Shown piece by piece: positions 1 through 14,700 of a stretch of 64,000 nt of DNA (position 1 is its first letter; the number at the start of each line of letters is the position of its first letter). The position numbers and the translations under genes were made by a program. The notes under the pieces are model-generated. The model made no database searches and was not told where the DNA came from. It was given only the letters and a program-made list of their open reading frames with translations. This stretch comes from Trichoplax adhaerens. Lineage: Eukaryota > Animalia > Placozoa. Location: positions 248,001-312,000 of the forward strand of contig NW_002060954.1 in NCBI RefSeq assembly GCF_000150275.1, read 5' to 3'.

Positions 1-32
1 TACAGTATACAGTATAGAGAATTTAATCCTAC

Positions 33-227
33 CTGATCAATCGGTAATACTACGAAAGCACCACCGCCACTTGCATCCAATGCTACCGCTAAAAATTTAG
101 GGTTAGCATCACAATAATGGCCGTCCGCAGAAGATCGAGTCACTCGAATATTATCGTACCAATCAGTCTTTTTGGCTGATTTACCATAAGCATGGCGAAA
201 TTTAGAGTTTCGTACTACCCTAGACAT
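33..227 (-). CDS. Coronin (type I-like), first coding exon; gene continues off the left edge of the window
   Basis: Translates MSRVVRNSKFRHAYGKSAKKTDWYDNIRVTRSSADGHYCDANPKFLAVALDASGGGAFVVLPIDQ, the coronin N-terminal signature (VRxSKFRH...NPKFLA...GGGAF.VLP). It ends at a GT donor at position 32. Confidence 0.93.
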
Positions 228-254
228 AATAGTACTATAAAATGACGGAAACAT

Positions 255-1410
255 TTAATACATACTGTACAGTATAATACACTTTACCTAATAAAAGTAT
301 TACACCAATTAGTAGCACAGTACTGTACCGTACTGTGCGCAAAACGTAGCCTCCGAAAACACCGTACCGTACTGTGGTTAGTACTGTACGTAGCACTGAC
401 CACACAATTTCTGTATACTGTACAGTACACTACTGGACTGTTTTGTAATTCCGTTCAGTACCACTGTATAAAATGTACAGTACTGTACAGTACACTACAG
501 CTACCAGCTAGGTAGCAGAAGAACGTTTTTTTTAAGGCCTCATCAAAAAATTTAAAATTTATCCTTTTAGTATGGTACTTCAACATTATCAATATCATTA
601 TAATTAACATTTTTTTAGTTAATTTGGAGTTAATCCCAACATTTGAAGGTCCATTAATCAAAGCTAGCAATGCGAGTACTGATTATACGACATACTGTAT
701 TTTCTGATAGAAATATTATATTTATATTTACTGAACTAACCTCGCAACGATCCCAACGACTAGGTAAATGACGCGAACGTGGTTTAGAAAGAAAGTGATC
801 TGGATTCTATGGACAAAGCTCACATGACAGTACAGAATTACACTGGTACTGTAAATAATGAAGCACGTACTGTACTGTACTGTACCGTACTGTACAAACC
901 TTGACGTCACAGGTCACGGAAAGCTTATAGTACTGTACAGTACAGTGTCCAGTACTGTACTGTACTGTACTATACTGTACAGTACTGTACTGTACTGTAC
1001 GTGTACAGTACAGTATCACTCTTGAACTCTTTTCCTTACTCTACAGTACAGTACAGTACAGTACTGTAATTAAAATGCATTGTTTACTACAGTACTGTAT
1101 GTACAGTATACTGTACAGTACTGTACAGTACTGTACTTTATTTAAGAGTACGGTGCGGTACGGTACAGCTATGGACTATTAAAAAAAATTTTACTATTGA
1201 GCGTCCATGCCGTCCATTTTATAGAGGTTTATTACTATGACAAACCTATTTGGTGACTACATACTGTACTGTACAGTGCGTTATGACACATACGTACAAT
1301 ACTGTACAGTACTGTAGTCATAGTGTCTGTAACTCTACAGTACTGTACACTCAAGTGTACAGTACAGTATGTGCGAGTATAACAGAATCACAGTTTTACT
1401 GTACCTTTCA
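255..1410. repeat. (GTACW)n / TACAG-CTGTA pentamer array in the divergent coronin/AP3D1 upstream region
   Basis: Dense runs such as tactgtactgtactgtaccgtactgtac (868-895), cagtacagtacagtacagtactgta (1044-1068) and ctgtacagtactgtacagtactgtac (1111-1136). Clusters at about 260-500 and 830-1405. Confidence 0.92.
902..909. promoter_or_regulatory. Perfect CRE-like palindrome TGACGTCA within the promoter repeat array
   Basis: TGACGTCA is the CREB/ATF consensus. It lies in a repeat-free gap between two pentamer runs, between divergent genes. Function not shown. Confidence 0.35.
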
Positions 1411-1569
1411 CAGACTTTACTGTTAATTTTTTATTTACTAGGCTAAGATTCTCCAATGAGCTCGAATAACTAACTACATCAAGTATCAATTTGAGGCTTA
1501 CTAGGAATTAAGAGTAAATTTAAACACTAATTTGTAGATTTCAAAATACATTTGTCTTTTTGACCCAAA

Positions 1570-4500
1570 ATGTTTGAAAAAAATCTGAACGATTTGGTTC
1601 GAGGCATCAGAGCTAATAAAAGTAATGAGGTACGGATTATCGAAAGCTTGTTGTGTTCAGTAATGTTATAATCTTTATATGCATATTACATGCCGCACTA
1701 AAATTGCATGTATACGAAATGATGAAAAGAGCGATCTGTGATTCTATGTACGATGTAACATGATACAACAAACACTATTTTAAAACTCCGAACTAATTTT
1801 TACATTTTAGGCAAAATATATTGCTCAATGCATTGAAGAAATCAAGCATGAACTACGACAAGATAATACCAACGTCAAAGCAAATGCAATTTGCAAGCTG
1901 ATTTATGTAAGTGCGCTGTAGTAGTATACGTTAGGGTTACATCGGTCTCTAAATTGCAGTATGCACTGTACATATGTACATTGTACAGTAGCAATAGTAC
2001 ACAGTACTTGTATTTTTAGATTTTTAGATTGAAGTTGGAAGTTGCACAAAGCGCAATTTTCGTTAAAGCGCTGCTACCCAGTATTGCATCGTATTTTACT
2101 TCGTAGTCTGTGGACGAATTTGTAACTGTAACACAAATATTATAAATTACAGACAGCTTACAACTCAGCAGTGACTACCGAATATAGTGTCAGCTTAACA
2201 TTTCAAAAAATTGCAGTAACCGATTTTGTGTTGTCGCTAAAGAACAATATAGAAGAACCGCATCTACTGTATACGCCTATAACGCAATCACATACTGTAC
2301 AGTTCAGCACATGATTAAGTTATATAGTATTCGAAACGGTTACCGTTCTGTGCAATTAATCCATTAATTATTTACTGTAGTTATGCGTTCTATTTACTCG
2401 CACAGTTGTGGTTGTCGTCTGATGTGATTTGCAGTTTTTTGCTATACGGTATGACATGAAGATTTTATTCGATTGTCTGTAGTGTTCTAATTACAGATAC
2501 TAACTCGTTTTGAGTTTAAAGCTACAATTATACAATATCTTCCTTAACAGTATATTCTAATTCGACAGCTATTTGTCTTTTATTTCAAATACTATTTTCG
2601 TACTTTATTTAACCCTTATATTGCGTTTTACAGTTGCAAATGTTTGGTTATGATATCAGTTGGGCAGCTTTTAATGTCATCGAAGTGATGAGTTCTACCA
2701 AGTTTACTCACAAGGTAAGCTCTATTGCATTTTGCCTTATAATTTGGTACCGTTTTTATAGCATACGTCAATTCTATCTCAATTTTACTATAATTTAGTC
2801 TTTGTTTTCACATTCCTTGCTATTTATTATGCTTCGTTGTAGCGTATCGGTTATTTAGCTTCATCTCAATGCTTTACTGAAGATATGGATATTTTAACCT
2901 TAACGACTAACCTGATTCGAAAAGTGAGGCTTTATGCTACTCTATAGAGAAAAATTGTTATTCGATTATCAAATTACTATAGATATACGCGTACTTCTTA
3001 GATATACTGATGCAAAGTTATATATTAACAAATTCTACCAGGATTTTTCAAGTCAAAACCAATACGATGCTGCAGTGACCTTGAATGGGCTTTCATGCTT
3101 TGTATCTGCAGATTTAGCCCGCGACCTTGCTAATGATGTCATTACTTTAGTTAGTATCATTCCTTCACAGTTAATCGGATATTGTCCTTCTTCTTACACT
3201 GTATTTTACTCATCTTTTTTATCTTATAGCTTGCATCAACTAAGCCATACATTCGTAAAAGGGCGATAATAGTGCTATATAAAATATTCTTAAAGGTAAC
3301 AATATGAAGATCCATGCGTTTTGTAGTTGTCTAATAACAACTGAATATGACTGTTCGCTAAAATATATTAATTGTGGGTCAATTCACAAATTTGAAAGCA
3401 TATTGTAATAATAGTTTCTGTCTACTAAAGTAAGAGATAGACAATGCAATAGTTTTACTTTGTTGTTTACTCGCTATTATGATCTATAATTACAGTTCGA
3501 TCCATTTATTGCGTCTGCCAGGCCCTAATAGAATCTAATCCATATGTTTTTCAATTGACAGTTTCCGGAAGCACTTCGACCAGCATATCCAAGATTAAAA
3601 GCAAAATTAGACGATCCCGAACCAAGTTTGTATAACAATTTATTCATTGCATTGTACTTCTGAGACTAATGAATAAAACCTACCGTATCTATTTAGGGAT
3701 GTATATATACGAGATAGTACTTTACCTAATAATCATTTATTTAAAGGTGTACAATCTGCTGCCGTTAACGTCATATGTGAATTGGCTAGGAAGAATCCAC
3801 AGAATTATTTATCGCTAGCACCAATCTTTTTCAAGCTCATGACGAACTCTACAAATAATTGGATGCTGATAAAAATTATTAAGCTGGTTTGAAAAACGAT
3901 ACTTCAGTAGTTATACTCACATTCTAATACCGGATAGTCTACTGCTTTTAACAACAGTGACGGATTTCTTGTTGTAAAGAGTATAAACAATTCCTTACTA
4001 CTATTATTATTATCTTTACTCCAGTTCGCAGCCCTAACGCCTCTGGAGCCACGCCTTGGAAAGAAGCTGATTGAGCCTCTCACTAACCTTATACATAGGT
4101 CAAATAATTACGTTGTGAATATTTTTGATTTAGCTTAATTAATCTCTTAATTTAGGTAAATATTTTTTGCTATCATTTAATTTGAGACACTCTTTAATTG
4201 ACTATACAGCACCTCAGCAATGTCCCTTCTGTATGAATGTATCAATACCGTTATCGCTGGTAAAAAATTAAGCTTATTTAAACTTGCTGCATCCTCTTAT
4301 TGTTAACGCAGTATTGTATCTTCTAGTACTGTTAGCCTTTACCAGTATGCCAAACCATTCTTCATCTGTACAGGTAAAGGCTGATCATTCCTAAGAATTC
4401 ATAAAAAATTTCAAAAACTATACGTATAAGTATAACCTTCTTAAAACAATTATTATGTTACTATTCAGCTCTGCGTTTCCAAGTTAAGATTGTTAATTGA

Positions 4501-7500
4501 AGACGCCGATCAAAATTGTAAGTTAGGATTAAAAGTCAACCAAAGTCTAACAATAATAATACGATACGATATAGTTTTAGAGCTTGCCGTCACTCCAACT
4601 CATTTACAAATCTCTTTATGCTAATTTAAATATCACTACACTACCGCCAACGTACATTGTAAATATGTTTGAGTAGATGGCTGTTTAGAAGGATAATTAC
4701 TGCATATTAGCCGATTTTGTCCAATTACAACTTTTTACCAATCCGCTAAAAACTTATTTGCAATTGCTACAAATTTTAATAGTGAAATACCTAGGGTTGC
4801 TAGCAATGTCGAAGATTCTAAAAGCTCATCCAAAAGCTGTTCAAGCACACAAGTACATAGCACTATTTACGGTATGTCTGAAAGTTTCAGGTCAGATATT
4901 CTAAAATTGGATTCCTTTGTAATCCACACAGAGATATGATTCTACGTTGCTTGGATGATAAAGATGAATCAATTAAACTTCGAGCCTTAGATTTATTATC
5001 TGGCATGGTAAGCAAATAAACTTATCCCTTACTTAAATCTTTACAAGGTCTGTAAGAAATTATATTCATTTTAGATCTCAAAGAAAAATTTAGTCGAAAT
5101 TGTCAAAAAACTTATGCGTCACATCGAAACGACGGAAAGCACAAGTATAGCAATAACAAATCTAATGCTTGTATAATATTTACTAAAATGCTACCCTTTA
5201 TGTTCCGTTAAATCATTTTACACAAAGGTTATCGTGATGAATTGCTATCGAAAATAATTCACATCTGTAGTCAATCAAATTATCAATACGTCGCTGATTT
5301 TGAATGGTTAGTAAAATAGCGTAAAATATCCACTGCTAAAAGAGGATGAAAAGCCGACAATTAAGATATCATAAATTTATTGGCCATTATTATAAATATG
5401 TGAAGCCTACGAATAAGAATAATAACAAAGTGCTCGCTTGATTATTTGAAATATAGGTATATAAGTGTTCTCGTTGAATTAGCACAAGTAGATGGGATTC
5501 ATCATGGTTCCCTAGTAGCTACTCAGTTGTTAGATGTCACAGTACGTGTTAAAGGAATACGCAGATTTTCAGTCCAGCAAATGGTAGGTTATGTACAGTA
5601 GTTTCGATTGATTTTTAATGCCTTGGTAACACAAAGAATTAGTAAGATTTTCTTGGATTGATAAGCAGACTTTATTATCACATTCTGTAGACGATGCTGC
5701 TCGAAAACTCTAAGTTAATGGGAATAACTGCTCAAGGATCTAGCACTGGCGATGTATTCTTTGCTGCTGCATGGATTGTTGGAGAATTCTCAGAGTATAA
5801 TTGCTACAGCCTTTGTTTACCCCATACGCATAAACACAATATAATCGTAACACTAACTGATTGCTTGTTATTGCATAGGCATCTTAGCGACCTGCGAAGC
5901 ATCATGCATATATTTTTACAGCCTCGTGCAACATCACTTCCGCCGCCTGTGCAAGCTGTTATCGTTCATAATATCCTAAAGCTGTATTCCAGGATATACT
6001 TAAAAGCAGAAAATGATGTAAATTGCTCTAACCAAACTAAGATATTATAATCCTTTTCTAGTATTAGTCACGCTGTATAATTATATTAATTTTTTTATAG
6101 AATGATCAAGATACTATAGCTGAAGTTACTCAAATGCTTATAGATCAGCTTCCGATGTTCGGTGAAAGTAGTGACCTAGAAGTACAGGAGCGTGTAAGTT
6201 ACTGATTTCGCCTTCTGAAAATTTAATTTTTGATTGCACTACGTACTGAGACACTGAGCTGATTAACATTTCCATAGGCCTGTTGTGCTATTCAGATGCT
6301 CAAATATATCCAGAAAATTCGCGATAAAGGTTTTGCAAGCTTTCAATGAAATTTCTCTTGATATAGAAACTACCGTATGCTATTAACAATTATCTAAAAT
6401 AGAATGTACCCTTTCAATTTTAGGCCTTACTGTAACGGACGAAGTAAGAGAAATGTTCGCTGGGGAATTAAACCCTGTTGCTACGAAAGCACAAAAAAAG
6501 GTTCCTGTTCCAGAAGGGTAGGCAATTACTAGAACTAGCCAATGTATAAATGCCAGCTTATACGCAACTCTTACTGCACATCATTTTATGGTAATGAATT
6601 TATGACAGGAACAGCCATAGAGTCGCAGCCAGTAACCGTTTTTCTCTTTGTATGATTGTATGTTTGTTGCTCATATGTTTCAGCTGTGCTGATAGGCTAT
6701 TCATTCCACGAGTATTAACACTTCAGACTTACTTTATTGTAGGTCAGTTAATTGAATCAGATCACTAGCGTCACAATAATTTCGTAGCATATCGTAATAG
6801 CATCTGCTAATAACTGAAACGGATAATTTACGTTCTGCTAGTACCTGCATGATGTGCTATTTGTTGTAAGAATTTGTTTAGACGATATATTCGTAGTTTA
6901 CAGTTTTGTCATATTCAGTGTAAAACACCCCCCTCTTTGTACGTACGATCTCTTTCTTTTTATAGATTAATTACGCAAAAATTCGAATGTCCAATAATGA
7001 TGTAGTAAAATAAAGATTGCAGAAATAAGTCAGCATATAGATACACGATACAGTATCATTTTGTATTGAATACTAGCCTAAGGTTAGCACTAATACGTAT
7101 ATTGCCTAACTAGTAACATCGCGATTTCTATATATTTTATACAGTTTGAATTTAGATATTTGGATTAATGATCCTCCGTCTGATAGCTCAGATGACGAAC
7201 TCAATAATGATGCTATGTTTGTTACTGAAGAAGACCACAAGTGAGACGGAAGTTCAGTAATTAACTTCTATTTGCAATAAAACTCTTACATCAATGCCTA
7301 TTCCATTTTAGTATCAGTAACATACAAGGTATTAAATACCCCAAAGTGGACGAAGACGAATTGAAAAAGGTTCTACATATACCAATACGTCTATCCCGTT
7401 TAAAGCTCGAGGCTCATGATAAATGATGTTAATTAACTTTATTTTAATTATGTACGAAACGACAGAGAAGAGAAGCCAGAAAACTTGAACAGGAAAATAA

Positions 7501-10500
7501 TCCGTATTACATTAAAGGAAATACGAAGTCCAAAGTAATATTATTAATATATGTTATGTTTCTTCGATAGTATATTTAAAAGGCGAAATTGGATTAATGA
7601 AATGTTTACACATAGGAGTTAGAAGGGCCTGATATTAATGATATTCCAGTTGCCTCACTAGACTTAACTGTACCTCTCAAGGTTCCTGGTAATATGATAC
7701 TTTCCACTCTATAGCCTTCCACTGTTTGAAATAGCACTTTAAAAATATCGATGTTATCATTAATGCGTAGGAAAAGAAAGTGTGAAGAAATCAAAAAGAA
7801 AAAAGAAAAAAGGTGAAGATATACAGTTAATTTAATTTTAAATTAAGAAAACACTGGTAAAGTTTTCTATTATCTTATAGGGCGTAAGCATGATACCGAA
7901 GAAGATAACGATAATGTGGTCGCTACACACGATGTTAACACCGACATGGGAGAAATGCCCGAGGTTAGCTCAATATTGATTAGGAAACCGTGATATATGT
8001 TGCCGATCTAATTCGTAGATTAGTGTAAATAATTACAGTCATTTTGAAATTTAGGGTGCCGTTTCAACGGACGATGAAGAAAAAGAGAAAAAGGATCCAT
8101 ACAACTTCCTAAACGTTGATTTAGAAAAGTATGTACATATAGAAAAAAATAGAAATATATCCGGTATCAACCTGCACCTTTTCAAATAAATATATATCTA
8201 GACCATTAACTGAAGCTGATATGATACCTGTACCGAAACATCACGAGGCCAGTAACAAACCGGCTGATGATGAAGATACTGAGACTGCTAAGGTAAAACT
8301 ATACGAAAAGTTTACTACCTGCAGTAGTATGCAAAAGATATAATTTAAGTCAGGTTTTACACAATATATTTTATCCTAAATAGAATAAATTGAAAAAAAC
8401 TAAGAAAAAGAAAGATAAAGGAAAGGTATTACCTGAGATTATTACATTACGTTTACATTTGAAATAAGCTTAAATTACTTACTGTATGCATTATCAGACA
8501 AAAGGAAAAAAGTCCTCAAACTCTAAAAAAGACAAAAGCAGTAAGAGGAAAAAGGGTTTGTACAAGAAAAAAATCTTCCTTTTTGTTTAAATTACTGTAT
8601 GTATATAAAACTATACATGCGAACTGGTATACCTATTTGTTGAATATTTATCTAGCTAACGTAATTATTTGTGGTTGACAAAAAGGGATTGATATTGTTC
8701 CTCCTAACGACACAGAAGAAGCCGTGGAGGCAAATCTTATATCAGATGAAACGGTGCCTGCTTTAACAACACCTGAATTATCACAAAACTCGAAATCTAC
8801 AGGGGAGAAAGAGTTAGAAAGTGTTACTAACAAAGTAATGTCGTATGTTTTAATTACCAATAAAATGGCGATCTAATATTTCACTGTATCTGACACAACA
8901 ATTGTTTCACTAAAAGACAATTAAAATATATTGAAAACTAATGTAAATGATATATACGATAGATGGATGATATAAACTTCTGGCTAACCAACAATGACGC
9001 TTCATCTGCTGGCCACATTACGGTATAGGGTGAATTTATTGGTTACTTTGTGTAATATCACCTTTAGAATAATAAATCACAAAATTTTCGGAATGGACGC
9101 TTTCTTAGATTCCAGATGCGACCGTAAATCCAGCTAACACTGTAGAAAATAACGATGTAAATGAAAAATCGGTAAGATTTTTTTAAGGCTCGACCTGGGA
9201 ATATGATAAAAGGCTTTAAAGTATGATTTCTCATTTGTTATTATTAACGGTGCAATAGAGGAAAGGGAAAAAGGATAAAAAACGTAAAAAGAAAGGAAAA
9301 AAAGTTAAACCATCAACCGAATCACGTTTGCTTGAAATGGCTGACCAACCCTCCGAACAAACTGATCTTGTTGAGGTCACATCTGACCAACCAGAAAAGG
9401 TTTTCTTAGACTAATTTCTCTTTTAATATTACATTGCTAGCATTAGCCATTCAAGCAAGTTAACGAAATATTTACATATACTCATATTTACGTTATTTAC
9501 CTAATGTGTTGCTAGTACGCCTCATCATATATTTTGCTTGGAGAAAGCGAAGATTTAAAAATGGTATTAAAGCTTTTTCGAAAAAATGTAATGGCTGTTT
9601 ATAATAAGGATTTTTGTTATATTTCGTTACAGACTTGTAAAACTCAAATAAATCCACAATTTAGAAACCAAGTTATTGTTAGCATCATATTCAGGTATTA
9701 CTGCTGATATTTAATAACTTTTGTTGGTTACGATATCTTTTTTTCTTGGCAGTACACAACAATACTAAATGTGACGATCTATCCTATACGTATTTACGTG
9801 TTAATTCGTCAATTTTATTCAAATTAGCAACAAAACCGACTTCATCATATCATCCTTGGAATTTAACGTTCTCGATACATTAAATACAAAGCTCCAAAGA
9901 CCGGCAAGTTCCATTTACATACACTAGTTCTAATACCATTTACTAATTGATTTTAACATATACTTTCGGTTGATCAACGTAGATCAATATCAACCCAGTC
10001 GAAGCAATTTCAGTGCCCTTCCAACTACAATCGAGTAAATATTAACGGTTTCCTAGCATTATTGAATTCTTTCTCCCTGTAATATTGATAAAATTTCTTT
10101 GGTCTAAATCTTGTAACAGTAGTTCAGCCAATTGTGATACTTAAAGTATCACCTTTATAACCTTACATTGTTATTCCTTCTAGATACAGAAAATGAGAGT
10201 CAATTTGCCTTTGATATTCAGAGTATTGTCATGCCACAGAAATTGCGTGGGACTTTAACGTACATGTTCAAGGTTCATTTTAAAATATCAAACCCTGTTA
10301 CTTTTTAATGATATTTTAATAACATGTAATGCTATAAAATTTTCAATATTTTACATAGAATGAAGAGGGAACGTCTCATGAGAAAATAGACTTTAAGCTT
10401 GCCTTACCTTGTTCATCCTACCTTTACCCAGAGAATTGCTCTAGGTATGTCTTTAAAATTTTAATGCGCACTTCGTAAATAAATCTATTCATTGATGTTA

Positions 10501-11111
10501 CAGTAGTGACTGATGTAAAAATGTCTACTTTAAAATAGGAAAGAATTTACCGAAATCCTGGCATCTGGAATCTTGCAATGCAAGCAATCAATTAAGGTGT
10601 TAACGCTTAACATTTATGTTTTATTTTCTCTAACAAACCTCAATAAGAATTTCGAAGAGCGTGATCGATATAATCAACTCATTGATAACTTTATACGTGT
10701 GACCGCTTCATAAATAGATAAAGGTTGATGAAGAAAGTGATTTCCGAGCCGTACTTGGCCGCATGTGCTCGCTATTACATGCCTCTGGTAACATACAATT
10801 TTTTCTTTTTTACTTTAATCATGAAAACTATAATAGATAGTTGATTTACTATCAATATGATCATTTTTTACAGTTATAGAACAGATAGATGGTGGAGCTT
10901 CATTATATGCCAGTTCAATCCAACGGCACCACATTTGCTTACTCGTAAAAATGATGGTAAGACGCATCACTAAGCGGATCATGATATATTGAAACTAACC
11001 ACCTACTATGTTTCATTACAGGCAACGAACATACTAACTGTCGATGCTAAAAGTACCGAAAGTATGCTCTTGTCACACTTACTAGATGAAATCAAAGCTG
11101 AATTTTCTTGA
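1570..11111 (+). CDS. AP3D1: AP-3 complex subunit delta (about 40 small exons)
   Basis: Exons give MFEKNLNDLVRGIR, AKYIAQCIEEIKHELRQDN, LQMFGYDISWAAFNVIEVMSS, RIGYLASSQ, ELNPVATKAQKKVPVPEG and C-terminal QSIVMPQKLRGTLTY...LLDEIKAEFS*. All resemble AP3D1. Confidence 0.95.
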
Positions 11112-11781
11112 GTTTATGATGTTACTTCGAGAATTATTGCCATAGTTAAATTGAAATACTACTACCAAATCAGTAGATGGTTATTGTTACTTCTCTTGCA
11201 ATCATTCTTTATTATGATAAACTGTAATGGTTATAGTGAGAAACTGACTTATTCATACAAGCCAATATGATATGATTCGGTCTAAATGTTTCCTGAGATG
11301 CTGTGTAACGCGCAATATTACATTGTAGTTTACAAAAAAATTTAATAGATCGATTATCACGTTATTTGTAAACAAATACGTATTATTTACATCTTTCACT
11401 ACATTTTAACATTGTCTTATTCCAGCAATAAAGTGATCATTTGCTTGATCTGTAAGCTACAGTACTATTTTTCTTCAGCATGAAAAAGTTGTATGCTTCT
11501 GGTATCCCATGTTCCATACAGACAATATCAATGTAAATTACGCTATCGTTCCCTATTACTATTCTATATAATGAACTGGTCAAACGAAATAGTAATAAAA
11601 ATAAAATATTGTAAAATGTGAACGAAAACGTGAATACTATAAAATTCTTATAGCTTAATTAACGGCATGCTACACAAGTAAGCTCTAAAGCTTCAGAAAT
11701 GCACTTGTCCTTAGCTTTGATAATGAGGTACCTACTTCCATCTCAATCGGCTACAGACTATTAGTAAACATGCGGTACATA

Positions 11782-14700
11782 CTACGTATGAATCTGTTTA
11801 TATTTTTTGACAAACTTTAAGAGTTGGACAAGCGATGAAGCGGAAATTCCATCAATCCGACTGGCAGAGCCCAACTGTAAATAAGAAAGGCGAAATCTCT
11901 TAAGAAAATCCTATTGATTGCTATTTCAGCTAGTACTTACAGTCCGCGGCGCAACAGTTGATAACTTCTCTTTTTCTTCTTCGTCAAGGAAACCCAATCT
12001 AACAAAGACCATATACAAATTTGCCATTCATTTGTGTTAATGTTTATATAAGAATGCATAACTATACTACAATGAGCTTTACCTAGTGTAATCCAGATCA
12101 TCAGGCAACGCTAGGTATTCAAGACGACGTAGCTCAGAAACGTCTTTATTTTGCCTTTCAATTGCATTTGCATAACTACCTAAACAATTGTAGCGAAATG
12201 GCAACTAGATAAGTACATCGAGAATTTAACGATTAAGTCTTTATGAGGAACAAAGCAAACTACCTTCGATCTCGATTCGATTACATAGGTAATCGTCCTC
12301 GACGATATCCCTAAATTCTGCAGGGAAACCCCTACTAATATCAGAAAGACTGACGCGGGAATTTATAAGCATTTCTAATCCACTAAAGAAAAAATTGACC
12401 TTAGTAACTTATCAATAGAATATCAGCATCAAAAGTAACAATATGATTTTACCTCTTTAATTCACCAGAATGTCGCATTCCGGAAAGATTACATCTAGCT
12501 TTCCAGCTACTTTCGGAAAATTTTAACTCCCTTTTAAGTACGGAAGTAAGATTGTCACAATCAAGATACCAACATACGTTTAAAGATACATGATCTTACC
12601 TCAAAGTGTTAATTGCCTTATCAAATTTGGTTTTAATCTTTACCATTTTTTCGAAACGTTGCTCACGGACAATTCCTACCTTATAACCTTTAGCAGCACA
12701 ATGAATTCAATAGCAAATATCGATGCGTCAGTAACATCTAATACCATATCGAATTTTAGAATCAGACTAATACTTACCTTTTTCAGTAAGTCGTAGATCA
12801 GCATTATCTGGTCTTAATCTCAAACGAAACTCTGCACGACTGAAAAATATAAGGTTTGATGCGAATTTTACCTTTCCAGGCTTGAAATTATAATCATCGA
12901 ATATACTGGCATTCTGCTACCTTGTAAACATTCTGTATGGTTCTGTAGTTCCACGAGTAGTCAAATCATCTATCAGAACACCAATATATCCATCGGCACG
13001 ATCTAGAATTAATGGAGACATTCCTTTCACCATCAAAGAACTATTTATGCCGGCAATTATACCCTAATATCACAACGACCCCATGTATATAACAGGAAAT
13101 TAATCAGATCAATTTTACTAATTCTACTAATTTTGGTAGAAATATACTCTAATAAGTTTATAATATAACTAGGAAACATTTTAAACTGTTACTTGAGCAG
13201 CAGCTTCTTCATAACCCGTAGTTCCATTTATTTGCCCAGCAAAAAATAACCCGGAAACCTTTCTTGTTTCTAACGACGGTTTCAGTTGGCGTGGATCAAT
13301 ATAGTCATACTCCACTCCGTAACCAGTTTGAACTATTTCCACATCTTCCAATCCATGAACGGATCGAATCATAGCTTTTTGTATATTTTCGGGCAAAGTA
13401 CAAGAAATACCATTTGGATAAACAATTGAAGAGTCAAATCCTGTCCGAAAAAATTTAGAACAATGATAATTTTGTTAATATATTTTGTCTACTGCTTAAT
13501 ACATGTTTTTACCTTCAGGCTCTAAAAAAATCTGATGATTTCTTCCTCTGAACCGTATCACTTTGGATTCAATTGATGGACAGTATCTGAATATCAGGAT
13601 TCACAAATATAGTACACTTTTACTAATATAAGTATGAATACGAGGTACTGCATGAAAAGTAGGTATTGCCTGGGTCCACAAACTTCTTCTTTAATATGTG
13701 GGGTTAAGTGTAAATGTCTTGTAATTATTGAATGTGTATTAGAATTTGTTAAAGTCAAAAAACATGGCAATTGCTCTGCTGGCTAAAGTAAATAAAATAA
13801 TATCGTGTCAGTAACCACAAGCTACGAATATCTTATTACTAATCTATCAAATACCTCGATTTTAACTGCTCGATTCAAAAAAGAGAAAGGGGTAGGTTTT
13901 TCATCGCCATGCTGAATTACCAATTTCTTATAATCAATAGTTCTTCCGTCTAGCCTAGGTGGAGTTCCTTTGATTACAATAATTTTTATTAAACCAAATA
14001 TTACTAAAGTATGGCATTTTTAAATTATTTTGCCTGTTTTTAGTCTTCCTATCTTGAATTTTAGATCTTCTATTGTTTTCGCAAGGCCAAAGGATGCTTC
14101 TTCATTTATTCTGCCACCATGAATAACTCTATTGCCTAAGGGATCCATTATTTCGTATTCATGATCTATAAAATTTGTAACATCCCTATTAAGAAATATA
14201 GATAAAGTCTTACCTATATAGATTTTTCCTCTGAGAAAGGTACCAGTTGTTAACACTACACTTCGAGCCTTTATAATACTTCCGTTATCTAAAATCGAAG
14301 GCACAAGCATGTACAGTAGATTTATTTTAATGGTATAGAGTACGGGTAAATAAATATTCAGATACCGCAGGATATTAAGGCTAAGTTTTCAAGTTCAAAA
14401 AACTCACGCAATACATAGTTGCGTCCTAACTGTACGTACGTTACTATACTGTACAATCCGGATTGTCATTACCGGAATATCAATGCTAGACCGACGTCTG
14501 GTGACGTTTAAAGTTGTAATTATACTACGAATGTCAGTCATCATGCTAGGATAATTACAATTAATAATCGCTGATATATATATAGATTATGCAAATTTTC
14601 ATATATTGTTATCCTGCCTAATTGAACGCCATCAATAACTTGCTTATCTCCATCAGACGATAAAATTAAATCTACGACCGCTCCTTGTAGTAACGATAAG

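Noticed and set aside
728-1019. ORFs rich in TVQYS/YCTVL (also 16006-16281, 32301-32540, 36022-36207, 60115-60528)
   Set aside because: These are translations of the pentamer array, which rarely contains stop codons. They are not proteins.
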